The notes below the pieces were generated by a model. It saw only the letters and a list, made by a program, of their open reading frames with translations. It did no database searches and was not told the DNA's origin. A stretch of 63,995 nucleotides of DNA, filler included, from Reticulomyxa filosa (lineage: Eukaryota > Protista > Foraminifera), in NCBI GenBank assembly GCA_000512085.1. It is 16 parts of 16 records of this genome, joined end to end, with 100 filler letters (N's around TTAATTAATTAA, not from the genome) between each part and the next. Parts side by side here need not be neighbours in the genome. Positions count along the whole stretch, not along the records: positions 1 to 25,801 come from ASPP01006417.1; 15 more parts are not named here. One strand, 5' to 3'. This document shows, piece after piece, positions 1 through 12,600 of this stretch (position 1 is its first letter; the number at the start of each line of letters is the position of its first letter). Both the position numbers and the translations under genes were made by a program.

Positions 1-19
1 TTTTTTTTTTGAACTATGT

Positions 20-2255
20 TTAAAAAAAAATACAAGCCACGGACATTTGGCCTTGATAATGTTTACCATTGTCAAACAAGTGCAAGATTTTAATTCTCGA
101 CATGGGATTACAAAGCAAATCAGCGACATATTTGCATCCTTGGATGTGAAATTTGTCTTGATTGTTGGAAATTTCCAAAGCATCGATGATATTTAAGAAT
201 TGGAGTTCGTGGCGTTTCTTGCAATCTCTCAGAGGAACAGTCAAAAAATTCACTAGCATCCGTTTGATTTTCGGATGCAAGTCGTTCCAGTTGCCGTTCA
301 CTCGTAATCCATTTTTTTTAACATTTAACATGTCTTTGAAATGCATGTTCCAATAGCTTAAACTGGTTTTTTTGGACACACCTAATATGTATGTGTTTGC
401 TATTGGAAATTAATATAAAAAAAAAAAAAACAAAGCAAACGAAAGAAATAGAAACGAACCGATTTTTTTGAAATTGGATTTCATTTCAGATTTGACAACA
501 AATTCATGATAGTAATAGTCATAGAGCAAAGAGTTGCCAAGTATTCGCCACTCTTTCAAGTCCGGCTCGTACAAGTAGATGCACTTGTTACTATTGCAAT
601 ACCACATCCACTTCATCAGATCTTCTGAAAATGATTTCAAGTCGAACAAAGTGAGCAAATACGACGGATGAATCAATGGAAAGGTTATTTGTGACATTGA
701 CAATAACGACATATTTTTTTTGTCATTTCTGCTCGCTGACTCTTGCATCAGCATCGTGGGCTTACCAAAAAACAGTCCATTCCACACATTTGGTGCCCAA
801 TCATCAATATCCAGTAATTTTCTCGTCTCCAACTCATTCAAACTGGTCATGTTTAAGTGGTATTTATCATTTTCATCCAAGTCATTTTTCTCCTCCTTTT
901 TTATTGTAATGACGTGAGTCGTCCATTCCCCCTCCCCCACAATCTTAACAACTTCAAAAAAAAAAAAAAGGGGACACATACTTATATGTACATACCCAAA
1001 GTGCACCACTGGCATGTGAGTCTTGAAAAGTTTGCCAAACATACTTGGATTGAATTAACTTTTCTCGATTCAATTGATAGTTATTGCTGGGACTTTGCAT
1101 GGCAATAGACAACGGCTTCAATGGCACAGGAATTTTGAGCAGTGCTTCGTCAGAGAGGGGTCGGGATTGATGGGACGAATGGCTTTTGTTGCGTTGTTGT
1201 TCCAATAGTTTGCGATATTGATACTGATACTTTTGCCGGAAAAAGTGTTCTGTTTCAATTTTGTTAGCAATACTTCGAATCAATGCGCTAATTTTCGTGC
1301 TAAACAATACGCAATGAGCTATCAAAATTTTTTGATTGTTCGTCCAATAAAAATAACTTGACAATGCCTCTTTCAATTTCGACGTCAATGTGGTGTCATA
1401 GTGAATTTCCCCTAGCATTTTCTTTTTTCAAATCCACCCCCTCTTTGCAATTTTAAAAAATATACACAAAGTACAGTATACGTAAAAACGCATATAATTG
1501 TTCCCCCCCCCTTTCATATAACGTATATATATACATATATAAACTTGAATGTACGACAAGCCGCTTAAAAAATCCATTCCAAAATCACTGAAGATCAAGA
1601 AGCCATTGAATAACAGCAGCGAGTATACGTATATTTTACTGACACAATCCGTGACTTTATGTTGTGCTTCTCTTGCCTTGCCGTAGCTTTGTTCGATAAA
1701 ATATTGGAATCTTTGCATTTGATTTCTTTGCAATGCGAGCTTAGCATCGCTCAAATGAGATAAACTTACATTCAGGTCACTCATTTGCAATATTTGAATC
1801 GATTGCAACTTTTGTTCCACAATTTTTAACACCTTATTGCAAAATTCAATTTGCACTAATGGAATATCTTGTGTGTGATCCAGTTTTATTTCCTTTGACT
1901 TTTCTTTGCTGTCATTTGAACTTGATGAAATCCCTTGTTTTTTACCCTTTGACGCTTTTTCGTCTTCGCACAATATTTCCGAACAGTCCGTTATTATCAA
2001 TGGACTATCGACAGAGCTCTCTTTCTTGCTGACACTCGAGTCATCATTGGCAATTATCGGATATGTATGAATATATGCCATATTATGCGATCGTTGTAGG
2101 TGATGATCAATCGCGCTTCTTGCGGCATCACTCACTAAACGCTCCGCACTTAATTCTATTCGCGTTTTTAGGCGGTCAATCAGTGAATCAAAGAGTGCGC
2201 TGACAAGAGAATTCGCTGCATATAATTGTGTTGCTCCGATTATAAGGCTAGACAT
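20..2255 (-). CDS. Multi-exon hypothetical protein (3' end uncertain, probably runs off the window)
   Basis: Four consecutive minus-strand ORFs (1428-2261, 954-1418, 410-1042, 20-379) broken by T/A-rich intron-like stretches; ATG at 2255 and a GT donor at 1544. No family recognised. Confidence 0.5.
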
Positions 2256-2522
2256 TGGCAAATATGATTATCTTAATGTTTCAAAAAGTTTTCCTAAAAA
2301 CTTTCCGTTAAAAAGGTTCATTTTTCGAAGATGTACCTCTTTTGTAGAAATTTGTTTGGCAAATAAAAAAACGACTGTGTTTGTTGTCAATTTAGTACTG
2401 AAATCGAAAATGAAAAGTTATGGATAATTCACCGACGTTATGGTCCAAAGAGTGTTATAAAGAGAGAATTTTTTATTCGTGTTCACCAATTAAAAAAACT
2501 TTATTGTGTGAGAGTTTTTCCT

Positions 2523-3577
2523 TCACTTGCTGAAATTTACACATTCTTTGTTGTTATCAACGCCTGCGCTGAGTACTCGGTCAATAACATCGGCCAGTCC
2601 TTCCCCAAGTCGTCGATTGGATTTAGAATCGATATGAACGGAATCTGTACCTGTATTGACAGACCATTCTTTATTCGGATTAACAAAGGTGACTGTGTCT
2701 TTGTACTCCTCCGCAATTTCTGCATAAGCAATATGCAATTGTTGACTCAAGGCAATAGAATTTTCAGTGAAATCCCACTCTTTGTTGACTGCATTGATTT
2801 CCCGGACTGGTGGAGGACTCAATAAAACAACCTACAAAAAAAGTTATTGTAATCGATTTTTATGGTTTGAAGGAGAAAAAAAACTCATTTGTAATGTTAG
2901 AACTATCACCCAATATAATCTTATAAAATCCATTCTCACAATCCTACCTTTGGTTTGGCGGGCTTTGCACCACATCTCCACACTTCAGATTTTAGGATGA
3001 TCTCGATTAATTTGCGCATATCCGCTTTCAATGTTTCCAACGTATACTTGAATATACTCTTGCAATCGTTGAGTCCCAGCAAAACCACAACGCAGTCCAA
3101 TGGTTTGTGTGAGTGCAAAAGTATGTGAATGCAGTCCATGGTGCTATGGCTATAAGGATGCTTCAAAAGTTCCCTATTGGGCTGCGCAACTGTGCGCCCG
3201 TTTAGTCCTTCGATTACTAATTCAATATTTTCGTCCAGTTTTTTTCTCAGCACTGAAGTGTATCTCTCTCCATATGGCAATCGTTTCTCTGCTACATCAA
3301 CCTCCGGAGAGTAACCCCAAGTGATGCTATCACCGATAATCAATACACGTTGCTGTCAATAAAGAACAGACAACTTTTTTTGATCGAATTAAAAAAATTT
3401 ATCGTATTTCATTTTTTAAGTATGTATTACTTTATCGTTTGCTGAACACGAACGAGAAAACTGTCGATTTTGCCAGTTGCCTGTACTTAAATGTCCCAGC
3501 AAAAAGCTTCCAATGGCCACAACACCCAACAAGCCCAGATTTTTCCAATTAACATTATGCTCTTGCTTTTGAGACAT
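2523..3577 (-). CDS. SGNH/GDSL hydrolase (arylesterase-like) with N-terminal hydrophobic anchor; 3 exons (3577-3431, 3352-2948, 2831-2523)
   Basis: Spliced by eye with GT-AG ends: MSQKQEHNVNWKNLGLLGVVAIGSFLLGHLS...K|QRVLIIGDSITWG (block I Ser), EGLNGRT (block II), HKPLDCVVVLLGLND (block III), K|VVLLSPPP...TDSVH (block V DxxH). Confidence 0.85.
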
Positions 3578-3797
3578 GACCACAGACAAAAATTTCGAAA
3601 TTAAAAAGCCAAAGAGGCCAAACGCTACCGTTGGCTTCTACGTCTTTTTCCGATCATTTGAAATACAGTCTTTTTCTTACAAATGAATACTGTTTCGAAA
3701 GTAAGACTTGAGCCAACAGGTTAAAAATTTTTTGGACAGAATCAAAAAGAAAAGTTTGTTAAAAGTACGGATATTGCCAACACGAGAAGAAAAAATC

Positions 3798-4722
3798 ATG
3801 AGCTTTGAAATTTCTTTGTTTGTTTTTATCATTTTGTTGGGTTTGTTGGTGTGTCTTTTTTGCATGGTTTCATTTTGTTTCTGCTTCACGTTTTTGAGCA
3901 AACAACTATGCGTTCAATATTTTAATATAACTCCTTCTCCGATCCATGGTCCGACAGAGGAACAAGCTGATATTGACAGTTGACCATATATATACCTAAA
4001 CCAAACTCGGCCAAAAGAGGCTGTAGGACAGGGATAGCGAAATAGAACAAAACAAAAAACAAAAATGATGAATAGAGACAGAAGAAGAAAACAGAAATAA
4101 GTCGAACAAATCAAATGGACGTGAGAACAACAACACATTAGTAATCGAAGTGCAACATCAAGCACACGTTGTATCATATCCAAAGATGATGGGAGCCAAG
4201 AAAAAGCAGAAAAAGCAAAAAAAGCAAAAGCAAAAGAAGAGAGTAAGACAAATGACAAAATATGAAAATAAATTAGAAAGGAGAGAAGATGATCAAAATC
4301 CAAGTGACGACATTAAGAAACACACCCGTACACTGTCGAGTGGGACAAATGAATACAATGACGACAATGAAAGTGTGAACACAGACCACGACAATTATCC
4401 CAAAAGGTATTGTGTCCCACAATATGGTGATGATACTTCCTCCTCTTCTCCAACAGTTGGGCCTGAGAGAGAAGTACCAGACAAAAACAAGTTCATACAA
4501 ATTGCGCCTGCCACTTGGGACTACGCTTTACAGTCGTACGCTTATTGTCCTCCTTCTGCATCTTCGAATCTCATTCAACCAAATATAATCGCTCGCTCAC
4601 AAGACTCCTTACCCACGTATGTATATTACCTGATCTTACATAGAAAAAAAACAACGTATAAAACAATAGCGATAAAAAAAACAGCAAAATTCAAAAGAAA
4701 AGACAAACGCCAAAACGAATAG
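3798..4722 (+). CDS. Hypothetical protein with N-terminal transmembrane segment and low-complexity tail
   Basis: ATG 3798 opens MSFEISLFVFIILLGLLVCLFCM followed by a GT; a downstream ORF (4150-4722) is K/D/S-rich. Exon joining not resolved. Confidence 0.4.
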
Positions 4723-5783
4723 TTTATCCAAATGACAGATACACTTTTTACACAAATGACAATCCAAAGTTAGGAAGTAAATACAATTTTTTTTTCTGTC
4801 GCCCTGTTCCCTGGAAAAAGCTTTCTTCTATGCTTACGTTGAAAAATGTAAATATGTTTTTGGATTAGTATTTGCAATGATCAACACATCAATGAAATAT
4901 CACCTTGTGCATCAACCTATTTTCAAGAACACAACAAACCCAACACTGATAATACCTCCGCGATTGGCAATATCAATGTTATGTTTCCAGTAATTAATCC
5001 CGAAAGCCCTTCATCTTCTGACACTCTGTTATAATCTTCATTGTGATGCCATTGCGTTTTAGCTGACAGTATTGGACATTGGTTCGATTCTTTTGATACA
5101 GCAAACTTGTGCAACAATTGTATTGACCTTTTCGACACCCTGTTTGTTTTTGTAATTTTTTTTCTTTTTTTTTTTTCATAACCTCTAAATTAGAAAATGC
5201 CCTTTTTTTTTCTCTGTGTATTTTGCGACTTTTTTTTCCATTCTGGCCTTTTTGTGTGTTGTCAGTATGTATTTTTTTAATTTTTCCGTATTTGATTCTT
5301 TTTAGATCTAATCAATAAACCTAGTTTTCGGGCCTAAGATCTACACAACTCGAGCAAGTCTCCTAACATACATATATGCAAAAAAAAGAAAATTGAAAGC
5401 TGATTACTTGATATAAAAAGCTTTCATCAACCTTTTTAAAAAAAGTTGGAATGATCCAAAAGAACTGATGTAGCGATCAATTATTTATATTTAATCTTGT
5501 TTTGGACAAAATTAGTAATTAAAATGAAGTTTTCTTATTTGTCGTAACACTCAAAGGTAGATAGTTCCAAAGTTGTGGTATTTTCGATTTATAAGACAAA
5601 CTGATAGTTTATTTGCTCATCTTAATTATTGGATTCACTAAAATGATGTGGAAAGAATAATGCCATAAACCCTCCCCAAAGGCTGAGCAGAATGATGAAA
5701 AGAAAAAAAATTAAACGGTTACAAAAGAAAAGCCACAACAAAGACGGAAAAAAGCTTGGGATAAGTATAAATTGGCAATGAAA

Positions 5784-7161
5784 TTATTGAGCTCCGGAAT
5801 ATTGAACTGGATCATCAGCACTAGGATCTTCAGCATCAAACGCAGCATCCGCGTCTTGGTGAGTGAAGGCAGTAGTAGTGAACAGGTCTGAAATGTTGTG
5901 GGTGACGTGATCACCGTGTATGTCAGAAGCTTCCACCATGGGTTCATATTTGCTTTCTCCAGTGATTGCTCCAGCAGCCCGCATCTCACGATCTCGACGA
6001 CGTCTGTTTCGACGTGTAAGGAAAAAGATGCATCCCAATATTAAGAAAAATATGACGATAAGAACAACTGCTAGTGTGACAGCCACGGTCTATTGTCATA
6101 TAGCAATACGCTTATGATTAAAGAAGCAAATGACATATATATGTATATGTGTGTGATGTATTATTCTTAACTTTGGACATATTGCTTAAAAATCCGCTGT
6201 CCTTGTTCGTATCGGAATGGATCAATTGACATTCGTCTGCACATAACTGTGGCATAAGGTCATCCAAACTGTTGGTCTTGACATCGTCGCAATTGACGGT
6301 GTTCGAATCTCCACATTCCCATTCGAGAAACCACAACTGTTGGGTGGTCGTGTCGTCATAAGACATACATTTTTGATTGAACGTGGAGCCGACGAGGTAG
6401 TTGGAGTGTGTGGACAGAGAGTCGGCTTGGCAAAAGCCGTCGTTGGTGTAATTCAATATAATCAAATCGTTTGTTTGTTGACAGCAAGCCGTACGGACTG
6501 AGTTGGAATTAAACCATGAAGCTACTTCCGTTGGAATAAAGTCCAAATACATTAAATCATTGCCGATATTCGTCCCCAATGTCAGACACTGTCCCATTGG
6601 GGTTGATATGTTCAAGTAATAGGATGACTCTGTGCCCCATGAACAGTTTTGTGCTAGTGTATTCGACACATAGCAGTCCGTGCCTCCGCACTTTATTTCA
6701 CTTACGTTCAGCTGCACATAGCTCAAAATTGAAGAAGGGTCCAACGTAAATGCTCTGTTCGGTGTCGCTTTATCATCCAATAATCGAGGGGTTTTTTGAC
6801 AATTCAAAAAAAAAAAAAGCTTTAAAAGAAAAAGAAATAAACTTATATAGTCAAATATCAGCTTTTCGCAATATAAATCGGAATATATCTGAATATGAAC
6901 TTGGCTTGTGTTTCCTGGAACACATCGAAACATTGAAGATCCTTCAATTGTTGTCGTTTCAAGGAAGTTTATCGTTGTTCTTAACGCTTGGCACCGTTCT
7001 GTTGCCAGCGAAAACGTCCCCAAATCACTCCCAAAAACACCAAACTCCAGTCTCGCGTCAAATCGAACATAATTACAACTTGACCCTAAAACTGATAGCA
7101 TCCATATCGAACTCACTTGAAAAAACAAATATAATGCTGATAATTTGCCCATCTTATGCAT
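5784..7161 (-). CDS. Single-pass type I membrane protein with Cys-rich ectodomain
   Basis: Signal-peptide-like start (MHKMGKLSALYLFFQVSSIWMLSVLG), many Cys and N-x-S/T sites, TM helix AVTLAVVLIVIFFLILGCIFFL followed by basic stop-transfer RRNRRRRDR; probable introns near 6790-6850 and 6090-6160. Confidence 0.7.
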
Positions 7162-7407
7162 TATATAAACATTCACAGCTCTTTCTTTGGAGTGTCTCCT
7201 TTCACCCCAGCAGAGATTTTTGTGTTTTCAATACTTAATTTGTGAGTTGAAAACTGCCAAAAAAAAGATAATACTCTGTATTGCTCACAAACGCGTGACC
7301 ACAGAGTCGTAATAACATTGCCAGCCTTGACAAAAAGCGGAACTTTTGTCACAAACCCGCCTTTTTTTGACAACCTGCGAAGTTTTTGTATTCAGTACAT
7401 TCGCGAG

Positions 7408-9281
7408 ATGAAAAGCACAGAGAGAGGGAAAAAGAGATCATTTAAAGAAGTAGAAAATAGTGAAGAGTTTGAAAATAAAGTCTTTGGAAACGTTTCAGTA
7501 CAGTCAAAGAAAAAAAAACTAAATTCTGGGCCCAGTGAAGTCAGCAAAGAAAGCAACTCTGTGTGGGTTGACCCAGATGATTCCCAATTAACAGTAAATT
7601 TAGGAAAAAAATTGAAACATTTGCGGGCAACTTTTACTGAGAAAGCAGTCACTGGAGACGAGTTGGTAGATCGACAAAGAAAAAATTATAACACAATCAA
7701 CAAGGATAATGACTGGGCAACAATCGAACAAGACAAAAAAAAATCCGAAAGTGAAGAAGAGGAAGAACAGGAAAAACGTGCTGATCAAAAACAGGTCGAT
7801 ACGCCGTCAGACGGCACGGATATGTTTACGACGTCTGCCAGGTTCGTTGTCTTTGAGAAAAACGCTATTCCACCCAACAACATTGCCTCAACAGATTTAG
7901 GTGAAATCAATGGAAAATCACCTCACCAAGTCAAAACCTCTCCCAAAAAAACATTTTTTTTTTTTTTGCACTCGCAATTTCGCGAGAAAAGTTATTGGGA
8001 AGTATACGTGCCACCTGGTTAAAGGGTTTACTTTGTGCGGCAATTATGTTCCTTTATTTTTTTGTGCACTCTCTTTTCACAGGACGTTCTGTCCTTGAAA
8101 GGAACCTGTGTACAGTGAAGAATAAAACGAGCTTTTTGCTTTGCTGGGTCATCGTAAACCCGTCGGACAGGTGGTAGATATTTTTTATTTTTACCAAATT
8201 TTTTGGTTTGAATTCTTCTAGTTTGCTTCATTTTTGCGTGTTTTGATTGTTTGTGAATAAAGTCAGTTATCACAGTATTGGAATTCCATCCTAATGGTCA
8301 ATTGCTAATGACAGGCGGATTGGATAAAACCTTGCAGTTGTTTCAAATGACAGGTAGTAAAAATGTATTGCTGAAACGAGTTTTTTTGCAGGACTTGCCC
8401 ATCAGATGTGCTCAATTTACAGCAGATGGAAAGGAAATTATAATCTCTGGCCGCCGACCCTATTTTTACGTGTTTGGGTTAAAAGATTTTCAATGCAAAA
8501 AAATTGACCAACTTATTGGCAGAGATGAAAGTTCGCTGGAAAAATTTTGGATTTCTCCAAACAATCAACATATCGTTTTTCTTGGTATGTGATTCATCTG
8601 GTTCTTCTTTTTGTTATTAAAAAAAATTTATTTGTGGAAAAAGGAAACCGTGGTCACTTGATTGTTGTATCGCGAAAAACGAAATGTCCTATCAAAACAC
8701 TGCATTTAAGTGACGGTATAAGTGATTGCAAATTCAACAAGAATGGTTCGCGGATGCATTGCCTTACTATCTATAACAAAATATATACATTCGATATGAC
8801 GTCGTTCGCCTGTATTGATATGATTGTCTGTGATGGCATGGTGAATGGAACATGCTTAGACGTGGCGTCACCACAGAATTTATTTGCATTGGGATGCAAC
8901 TCCGGTGTGGTGAGTGTATTTCAAAAAGATATTGTGGCCAAAGGAAAAGATGGGACACAAGTAATGACAAACGCGTCTCAAACGCAGACAGTCAGTGGCA
9001 TGACCAAAGCTTTGTATTCAGTAAACAACTTGACAACAACAATAAACGGCGTCAAATTTAACCATGATGGGCAGTTGTTGGCAATATGGTCAGTGAACAA
9101 GCGGCTTGCGGTAAGGTTAGTGCATGTATCAACGGGTAAAGTTTTTCAAAAATGGCCAACCAATGAAAGATTTCGTCGCGTCTGTAAATGTACATTTTCT
9201 CCTAACTCTGGATTCTTGGCAATTGGTACTGATTCTGGATATGTGCATTTGGTTAGGCTGCATTTCTATGGAGAACTGTGA
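7408..9281 (+). CDS. UTP18: U3 snoRNA-associated WD40 protein UTP18 (SSU processome)
   Basis: Motifs VWVDPDD, EFHPNGQLLMTGGLDKTLQLF, GRRPYFYVF, NNLTTTINGVKFNHDGQLLAI, VFQKWP, FSPNSGFLAIG; introns ~7930-8260 and 8585-8643. Confidence 0.9.
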
Positions 9282-9667
9282 GTCCTGAAGGGATATCACC
9301 AACATTTTGATAAAAGATTGTTCAGAAACATGTGTTTATTTGCGTTGAACAAATATGTTCAACCATGTGGCTTATTAAACTGCGCTTGCAGAATTTTTTA
9401 AATTTAATTCAAAGTTTTAGTTCTTTCGAAATAACTTTAAAAGCGTGTTACGAATCATACTAAAAATTTTAATTTGAGTCGTAAGGTTTCGAAAATGTTA
9501 CTTGAATTTCTTGCTATTTGACAAAGAGTATTTGGTTTGTAAAAATTCAATTCAAACGAACAAAAAGAAATGTTAAAACTGTAAGGTTTACAGGTGTGAG
9601 CGCCAAGTGTTTTTTTTATATATATAAAAATCATTATTTATAGTGACTATTAATATTGTTGAAAGCA

Positions 9668-12600
9668 ATGTTAACTTCAGATGCACGGCAAAACTTACCT
9701 GAGGAAAAGGATATGACACAAAATTTAAAACTAAAAAGTATCATGGCACCAGCAACAAGCCAAAAGCAAGGCTCATTTATCTTTTTGCACGTGAAAGACT
9801 GGGGACAATCTCAGCGTTGTTTGTGGCACTACGAGAGGCTTTTGACAGAAATAAGCATTAGGGATGCGAGTTTATTAAATCAAATCGAAGAAAACATAGT
9901 ACCTTTTGCATTTGGTCCAAAGGAATTAGTCGAGAACTCTTCAGAAGTTTCAGAAAATAAAGAAACCGAGAGAATTCCGCAACAATCCTCAGTATTTTTA
10001 AATACTGACACAAAATTGCGTTTTGTGTATGACAAATACCGAATTGTGATTGTGTTGGATATATCATCATCAATCGCCGTGATCAATCCCAATCAGTATT
10101 GTGTGATGCTCCATCAATACATTCCAATATTGACCGATTTTTTGGAATGTCTGGTGACTCCGATCCAATTTAATTGTTTTTCAACCCCAATCCATCCGAC
10201 GTATTATGTATGCGTAATTGCAGTGGGATTGCCTCACAGTGACATGATGATGTTAGTGAATACAGAAATGAACAGTAATAATTTGAATGACAAGTTGAAA
10301 ATATTGCAAGAAAAGTTGTCACATTTGGAAACAATGGTTGTGAGTGCATTTATGCAATGCCACGCCAAAAATGATCGTTGTGGCATTGGATGGGATGACT
10401 TAATTCGTCGTGCCTTGTTTTGTTTGGACCGTTTGCCGTCGAATGCCTGTCCGCAGATTGTTGTCATTAGTGATGGTGAGTTCCGTATTTGGATTGTTTG
10501 TTTCCTTTGCTTTCTGTTTGCACTAAACCACTTTGGCATCGTTTTAAAAAGGACTCCATTCACAACAACGACAAACAGGTGTAATGACGATAAATAACAC
10601 TCGAAATGGAGGCACAAATTTGCTCTCTTCGCGGGGAGTGTTGGCACAGTGTCTGAAACACGATGTCAATATCAGCGTAATCCAAACAACAGATCGACTG
10701 TTTACTCAATCAATCGCATTTGGCTATGTTCCGGACAGTCACTTGCTAGACTTTGTTTGTCGCTTCACCAATGGTATTTTGATCGATTATAAAACGCTGA
10801 AACAGCAAAAATACTATTGTATGCAAAAGCAATTAAAGCAGCAACAACATCCAACACCACAATCATCATCGCAGCTGCAGTCACAACCATTGTCACAGCA
10901 ACAGCAACAACATGTACAAGTGCAAATGCAAGGACACGCCAACGTAACCAATGATAGTGCGAGCGGACTGACCAATAAAACGAATGACGATTACAATGAC
11001 AATGCAAGTGTCAGCAATGACATAAGTAAACAAGATAATGTGCCAATGTCGACGAGCAAAAGTAATCCTCGGAGTGGCAGCCATTTGCCGGATAAGTGGT
11101 TTATCAATCGAACTGATCAATCTTTTGTTACAGAAAATTTGGTACAATTGTGTGTGTTGGTGCGCAGTTCTTCATTGTCCAATCAAATTTTTGAATCGCC
11201 TGTGACCTATCTGCTGGCGACACCAAAGCGAGAACAGGTATTCATTTATTTATTTATTTAAGTATTAACACTTATAAATATACATATACATACACATCAC
11301 AAAACAGTGGTTTGTAAAAAGTTACAAAGTATTTGCACCCACATCACATATAATTCGCGCTCGAACCAATGACGGATTTAAAAATAGCCAAATTGAACGT
11401 GAAATAAATGGGGACGGCCCAAATGATATTGTGAATATCTTTCACATGTTCCACGAATGGAAACACGGAGTGTGTGTTGAATATGAAATCAAAAGTAATC
11501 CTCAAACTCCCAATTATTGCTTGTGCAATGTATTTGTTATCAGTGACAGTGAGTTTTTACGCAAGCTATTCAAATACTTTGGATTAAAAAAACATTGCCA
11601 CAGTCATTAGCGCAAACTCATGAGTCGCAGACATCAACAGAGACAGAAAGTAATGACAAGACTGCCTCCAATGTCCATCATTTTTTGCCATTTGAACAAC
11701 TGGAAAAATTTGTGAATGAAATCCGTCAATCGGACAAAATTTTAGGACTTTTGTGTTCATTATCTCTGGTTTATGATGAAAGACAACATCAAAAGGCAAT
11801 GAAAACAACATTAAACGGAAAGCATGGTAATGGGTATAGAGAAGGAGGAAAGCAATTGGGCTTTGAAATTGCACATGAACAACAATTACCGGAAATATTA
11901 TGGCAGCATATTTTGAATGAACTGCACGTCAGTTCCACCAAGCATTGGATCGATCTTTGTTATGTGGATGTGGTTTGCACAATCGACCCAAGTCAGTCTT
12001 GGGATAACCTATTGTTAAAATCGGTGATGAGAACCAATTGGGGAACCATCAATGATCTTGCGAGTATCAAAAACAATAATACTAATGATAACAATAACAA
12101 TAGCAGCAACAAAAATGTTTTGCCAACCAATGCTGATGATTTACTTGCAAATATGGACGGAAACGATACAACCCGCCAACCCATTCACAATGTCACGGAG
12201 ACGCTATTTTCAAATTTGCAACATCAACATATGTTAGTGGACAAGAGCACATTGAAGTTGTTGAACAAGCAGTGGAAACGATTTGGACAAGGTCTCAAAA
12301 AATGGGCATCTTTAGTGTACTTTTTTAATGACAATAAACCAATTGACCTTGCCAATGGTCAACACAAAAAAGAAAAAGAACGAGCCAAGTACATATATGT
12401 ACATAAATATGTATATATTGCTGTTGTTCAGAAATAAATGCATTTGTTGAAAACAAAAAAAACAAATAAATGAACAACTCTCTTTCTCTATTGAAACATA
12501 GAGGAATTCGCACTCCAGCATTGTTTTTGAAATTTATTCAAAAAGGATTCATTGTAATAAAATGGGAACAACCAACTCTTTGGATGGCGTGTCTTACAAT

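Noticed and set aside
4923-5179. Short overlapping minus-strand ORFs
   Set aside because: No recognisable motif or convincing start; cannot be supported as a gene.
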